From positions 1-38,883 of the IMG/VR virus record IMGVR_UViG_3300044274_000306: DNA of 38,883 bases, one strand, 5' to 3'. The stretch is from a virus (lineage: Duplodnaviria; Caudoviricetes). A model generated the notes under the pieces. The model saw only the letters and a program-made list of their open reading frames with translations, ran no database searches and was not told the DNA's origin. Every line of letters begins with the position of its first letter. Within the stretch, counting starts at the first letter, position 1. The position numbers and the translations under genes were made by a program. Shown here piece after piece: positions 34,695-38,883 of the stretch.

Positions 34695-36749
34695 TTATTC
34701 ACCCGCTGCGATTTTCGACATCCCCTTGACGAAGTTGACGACCATCGATTCCCCTTCATCGGCACGCAGCACCTCATGTTCGGCATCGCGCTCAGGGTCG
34801 GCCAGACGCTGGAAATGACCCTTAACCACAACCGGATCGGGTGTGCCGGGAGGTTCAATGCCAGTCGCACCAGGTGCCCCAGTGGCGTCCGAATACATTG
34901 ACGCCCTGGCCAGGACACCCATCCGCTCCTCAGCAGCGGCCTTGGCCTTTCCGGCCTTGATCGCGCGACTCTTGAATTTGCCCCATTCACGGCCGTCTGC
35001 TGTGTTGTTAAACCCGGTGCTGGGCAGGCACTCGGCGGCGAACAGATAGCGCCCGTCCAGGCCATAGACATGGACGTCAGCATGCAAGTTCTCCGGGTCG
35101 TAATGGACGGCCAGCTTCTTTCCGGCGTAATCCGGCAGTTGCGCCGACCAATACCGGTTGCGCCCATGCGGACCCATCCCCGCCTTCAGCGCTAGGTGAC
35201 CGTCGCGGGAATTGGCCCGAACGACCTCACGAGACAGCAAGAGCAACCGGCGCTGCCGCTCGGACAGCACGCGTGGAGCTTGTTCGGTGATGGCGGCTTC
35301 CCAGGCCTGATCAAAACTCAGTATTCCGCCACAGGCCTGGTTGCGGCGTTTCGTCTTGGCATTATGGCGGGCGACCTCATGGCTGATGACCGCACGCAGT
35401 TCCTCCACGGTGATCGCCGTCTTCTTGCTGAATCCGCGCCCGACAAAACTCGGGTTGGTGGCAACCATCTCGTGCAGCCCGCCGATTCCAAAGGCCCGCT
35501 CTATCGGCTTCGCACCGGGATTGCCCGTCTCCTTGTCTGGATTCGTGAAATGCACCTCGATTCCCAGCATCAACAACAGACCCTGACCATCCTCTGGATC
35601 GGACTTGAAACGCCTGCGGCCTTCCGTGCCCGCCGTCATCAGCTTGTTCGCGGCGACCGTGGTGTTATCGACATACAGATGATCCGGCGCGCAGACTCCG
35701 GTTAGGTCATAGGTCGCCAGCCGGAACAGGTCGGTGTTCTCGGTCTTGTCCAGCCGCCAGGCGAGGATCCGTCGAGTACGCAGATCCTGATAGAACCACC
35801 CTGTCGCGGTGTTTAGGATTTCACCATCCGGGAACCGGACCCACAGCCGGTCGAATTTCAGCCCATCACCGTTGACTGCCTCACCGGCCCCGAAGACCAG
35901 CGCGTCCCGGTCCTGTTTGGGCAGCACCGTTGCCGCCGCCTGCGGCCCTTCGCGCCTCAGCTTGCGTTCGTAATTCTCAACCTCGCTATTGACCCGGCGG
36001 CGTAGTGTAGCAGCAGATGGGATAACCCAACCCTCTGCCGACGCCAGCGCCTTCAGCCGGTCATAGGTATCGGCATGTGTCGGCTGCGACCGCGTCAAAT
36101 AATGCCCCCGGTACCAATCCCATGCACGCGGGTCGCACTCGGCTGTCACCTGCCGTCCGACATAGCGTGGGGCCAGGGCCGGTAGCCAGTCCGACCGCTC
36201 CAACCCCGCGACCAGCTCAAACCATGTCCAGATCGTGCGGGCGCTGATTTTCGCGCCCTCTTGCTTCCACCGCCGGGCGACTGATCCGACAGCAACATTC
36301 TTTGTCATTCCACCGCGATACAGCCCCTCAACCTCGTCCAGCACGGCCAGCCGCCACTCCGCAGTCTCTCGCTGTTTCTCGCTGGCGCGCTCGTAATCCT
36401 CCCACAGCGTCGTGCGCGATGCGGGGCGGACCACCCCGGCCTGAGGACCCGGTGTTGGGCCAACCGTTACCATACGCTCCTTGGCAAAACGCCGAGTCAG
36501 ATCCTCCTGCGCCTCGGCAGGCAGCAAGGTATAGTGATATTCCCACCCGCCACCGCGCCCCTGTTTTCGCCGTGCCAGCGCCCGCCCCATCCGGTCGCGG
36601 CGAGACCGCCATTTCTCGCGCTGTGCTAGATTATGAACCCCCATCTTAGAATGTGGCAGACAACGAAGTTCTATATCAGCGAGGGCTTTGGCATTGAACC
36701 ATTCGACCATCACGAGTTGCCCGTCGATCCACTCTGATATCGCCGTCAT
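34695..36749 (-). CDS. MuA-like DDE transposase
   Basis: N-terminal Mu HTH (GRGGGWEYH..LP); catalytic NGDG, YVDN and KPIERAF. Confidence 0.95.
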   Translation of the reverse strand: MTAISEWIDGQLVMVEWFNAKALADIELRCLPHSKMGVHNLAQREKWRSRRDRMGRALARRKQGRGGGWEYHYTLLPAEAQEDLTRRFAKERMVTVGPTPGPQAGVVRPASRTTLWEDYERASEKQRETAEWRLAVLDEVEGLYRGGMTKNVAVGSVARRWKQEGAKISARTIWTWFELVAGLERSDWLPALAPRYVGRQVTAECDPRAWDWYRGHYLTRSQPTHADTYDRLKALASAEGWVIPSAATLRRRVNSEVENYERKLRREGPQAAATVLPKQDRDALVFGAGEAVNGDGLKFDRLWVRFPDGEILNTATGWFYQDLRTRRILAWRLDKTENTDLFRLATYDLTGVCAPDHLYVDNTTVAANKLMTAGTEGRRRFKSDPEDGQGLLLMLGIEVHFTNPDKETGNPGAKPIERAFGIGGLHEMVATNPSFVGRGFSKKTAITVEELRAVISHEVARHNAKTKRRNQACGGILSFDQAWEAAITEQAPRVLSERQRRLLLLSREVVRANSRDGHLALKAGMGPHGRNRYWSAQLPDYAGKKLAVHYDPENLHADVHVYGLDGRYLFAAECLPSTGFNNTADGREWGKFKSRAIKAGKAKAAAEERMGVLARASMYSDATGAPGATGIEPPGTPDPVVVKGHFQRLADPERDAEHEVLRADEGESMVVNFVKGMSKIAAGE

Positions 36750-37228
36750 CGCAGTGCCCCCCGGCGCGCCAGGCGCAGCGTCGCATCAAAATCGCGTTCG
36801 GTCTTTGCGGCCAGTTCACGGGCTTGCTCCCGCTTGTCGGCATCCATTCCAACCTCAACCCAGGGCAGATACCGGTCTTCAGCCACGAAATAACCGATCT
36901 CCTCGGCTATCAGTTGCAGCAGCCGCGCGTCGCGCGTGACGTTGACCAGGGCGACCAGCCGCAACAGGCTGATTTGATGATCCTCGCGTGCCTCACTGGC
37001 ATAGGCGTTCAGCATGTTGATGCTGACATCCACACCCAGAAACGCACCCATCTCGGCCACAATCTCCTCGCGAGATAGCTCGCAATCCCTCAATGTCTCG
37101 CTGACACCATGAGCGATACGCGCTGCCAGACTGACCGCTCGAACCCTTTCCGGGGCAAAGCGCTGCACCACGGCGGGCGACTCCCAATCTAACAGGCTCA
37201 GAGTTTGATCATCCCGGCGCGCTGCCAT
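36746..37228 (-). CDS. Early hypothetical protein, putative DNA-binding
   Basis: LSREEIVAEM..SINMLNAYASEAREDH; GAGGAG RBS; coupled to MuA. Confidence 0.75.
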   Translation of the reverse strand: MAARRDDQTLSLLDWESPAVVQRFAPERVRAVSLAARIAHGVSETLRDCELSREEIVAEMGAFLGVDVSINMLNAYASEAREDHQISLLRLVALVNVTRDARLLQLIAEEIGYFVAEDRYLPWVEVGMDADKREQARELAAKTERDFDATLRLARRGALR

Positions 37229-37230
37229 GG

Positions 37231-38052
37231 CTACTCCTCACCAACATCAGAGTTGGTCGCACTCGCGCCTATCCGCGTTAGAAACCGGTCGCGGTCCCGT
37301 GTGCCCAGCCGCTCCCAAAGGTCCAGCATCCGGGCCAGCGTTTTCTCCGCTGCCTTCTCCTCCGCATCATTCGGCCCCTCAGCGCTGCCACTCAGGATGC
37401 GCACGGCACCCGCGACCGAACGCGACCCGCCATCGGCGATCAGGTTGGCGATAGAGCGCTGGATCGAGACGCCGTATTTCGACAAGGCCTCCAATTCTGA
37501 CAGATTGTCTTCCAGCGCCGTACCGCGCAGGGTATCGGCAATTTCTGGAGCCAGGCGCTCCCCGATGGAGACCGCTTTTTTCAGGGTGGCCTTTGCCCAA
37601 CCTGTTCGGCTAATCGCAGCGGCGGACCAAGAGCTATTGTGTAGCTCTTGAAAATCCGTACTGCGCCGGTCGCCGCCATGCGCCGCTTCTGGATACATCT
37701 CCAGATGCACCCGCTTCAATTCGGTCAGGAACTGGCACCGCTCCAGCTTTGAGAGTTCGCTACGGGTCAGGTTCTCCAGCAGCTCGTCACGACGCAGCTC
37801 CAGCTTGTTACCCTCAACCGTGAAAGCCAATATCTCTGTCCACCCCAGTCGCCTACAGGCAGTCAGTCGGTGCAGCCCGCTGACCAGCACATAGCCACCC
37901 TTTCGACCTTCCGATATCTCGATCGGCACGCGCAGCCCCCGCACAGCGATATCCACTGACAGGGCTTCAACCGCCCCTTCATCAGCGGGCCGCAGCCGCT
38001 TGCCGATATCGATGCTATCCAGCGCTATATTCAGCAGCAGCGGCTTCTTCAT
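37231..38052 (-). CDS. ParB/Srx N-terminal domain protein
   Basis: RLR..GLRVPIEI..LVSGLHRL..ENLTRSELS and HGGDRRS; GGAGGT RBS. Confidence 0.88.
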   Translation of the reverse strand: MKKPLLLNIALDSIDIGKRLRPADEGAVEALSVDIAVRGLRVPIEISEGRKGGYVLVSGLHRLTACRRLGWTEILAFTVEGNKLELRRDELLENLTRSELSKLERCQFLTELKRVHLEMYPEAAHGGDRRSTDFQELHNSSWSAAAISRTGWAKATLKKAVSIGERLAPEIADTLRGTALEDNLSELEALSKYGVSIQRSIANLIADGGSRSVAGAVRILSGSAEGPNDAEEKAAEKTLARMLDLWERLGTRDRDRFLTRIGASATNSDVGEE

Positions 38053-38342
38053 GCCACACCTCCCGCACGACATGTCACCGGCCAGGAAGTCAGCGGCCGG
38101 GCGTCATCTGGGATGGGAGCAATGACAGCCCGACCGCTTTCCCTTACACTCGGAGTCACAACACAACCGAGGAAGGAAACTGAAATGTCTGAATCGATAG
38201 ATCCGGAGCGGCCCTGGATAGTGATGGCACTCGCCGCCGCGAAAGCTATGGTGGCCAAAGGGTTGTTAAGCAAAGAGGATATTTTGGCGCAGATACCCCC
38301 GACATCAGGGGAAACACTACGCATCAGCGAAGACGAGATCAT
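38049..38342 (-). CDS. Hypothetical ORF, possibly only a coupling ORF
   Basis: ATGA overlaps at both ends, but antisense to a plausible plus-strand gene. Confidence 0.4.
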   Translation of the reverse strand: MISSSLMRSVSPDVGGICAKISSLLNNPLATIAFAAASAITIQGRSGSIDSDISVSFLGCVVTPSVRESGRAVIAPIPDDARPLTSWPVTCRAGGVA

Positions 38343-38376
38343 TCGTGTTGCCCGTGAGATGGTTGGGGAGTGGTAG
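38185..38376 (+). CDS. Small antisense hypothetical protein (63 aa)
   Basis: GAGGAAGGA just upstream of ATG 38185; helical protein-like composition. Confidence 0.55.
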   Translation: MSESIDPERPWIVMALAAAKAMVAKGLLSKEDILAQIPPTSGETLRISEDEIIRVAREMVGEW

Positions 38377-38581
38377 CTGCAGGCGCATTGATGTTCTGCG
38401 GGTTGATCGGGCTGCTCATCATCCGCCTCATTACTTGATTGGCGGCATAGTTATGTTGTCGCATCGCCTCGGCTATTAACGGGCGGATCAACCTGCCGGT
38501 CCAGTAAAGCAGGAAGCTGGGGCGGTAGCTTCCGTGCGAGGTACGTTCTTCGCGGGCGTCAGGTTTAGGATCGTTGTTCAT
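38339..38581 (-). CDS. Hypothetical protein
   Basis: ATGA overlap with ner; GAGG RBS. Confidence 0.6.
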   Translation of the reverse strand: MNNDPKPDAREERTSHGSYRPSFLLYWTGRLIRPLIAEAMRQHNYAANQVMRRMMSSPINPQNINAPAATTPQPSHGQHE

Positions 38582-38883
38582 GCTGCCTCTCTTTTTTGAC
38601 AGTGACGCAGACGGGGACGTGCCTTATAGTTTTCAGCGGGTTGAGGCTGTAGGCGCTCTCCCGTGTGGGTATTGTACCGACTGGGCCATAATTGACGGGG
38701 GGACAGGCTAAGGGCTTCGGCAATCGCCAGTTCACCCTGGATATGAGGATGGCGGACGGTGGTGCGGGCTGTACCATCGGTCAGCCCGAACATCCGGTCG
38801 ACATCAGCATAGGTCAGGCCCTTGCTGTTCAGCAGGTACCGGACCTCCTCTGGTCGTTTATCCGCACGAGACTGTCGCGCCAT
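38578..38883 (-). CDS. ner: Ner/Nlp-family transcriptional regulator
   Basis: GELAIAEALSLSPRQLWPSRY; first gene of the early operon. Confidence 0.9.
   Translation of the reverse strand: MARQSRADKRPEEVRYLLNSKGLTYADVDRMFGLTDGTARTTVRHPHIQGELAIAEALSLSPRQLWPSRYNTHTGERLQPQPAENYKARPRLRHCQKREAA

Larger units (their letters stand above)
1..38883 (-). mobile_element. Mu-like transposable prophage with siphovirus-type tail (repressor and both ends outside the window)
   Basis: Ner, MuA DDE transposase, MuB, GemA, Mor/C, gp27/28/29, F, I, T, gp36 and G homologues in Mu order; no tail sheath gene seen. Confidence 0.97.

Noticed and set aside
1-38883. Prophage att ends, MuA binding sites, c repressor, tRNA/rRNA
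   Set aside because: The window begins at a stop codon and ends at the ner start codon, so ends and repressor lie outside; no RNA genes recognised

Overview
The window is almost a complete Mu-like (transposable) prophage, GC-rich and probably from an alphaproteobacterial host (inference). Nearly all genes lie on the minus strand, running from ner at the right edge to a methyltransferase cluster at the left edge. Gene order: ner, ParB-like, MuA transposase, MuB ATPase, semi-essential early genes (DnaA-C HTH, DUF3164, MT-A70 methylase, GemA, DUF2786, DUF4326), Mor/C activator, lysis (lysozyme, 3TM holin), TerS/TerL, portal, MuF, protease/scaffold, capsid, a non-contractile (sipho-type) tail, then Dam-like and C5 methylases in the position Mu uses for mom. 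The repressor and att ends fall outside the window. The most striking feature is at 1-1339: a C5 cytosine methyltransferase locus read in two same-strand frames over its full length, each with its own start signal. The catalytic motifs are in one frame; motif IX and five variable W(P/A)TP modules are in the other. Other notable signals are a conserved dyad/promoter motif before both late operons, a MuF-nuclease fusion followed by a structured non-coding region instead of an immunity gene, a multi-hairpin leader before dam, and minus-strand ORFs that bridge antisense genes. All family assignments come from motif recognition by eye; no database search was run.
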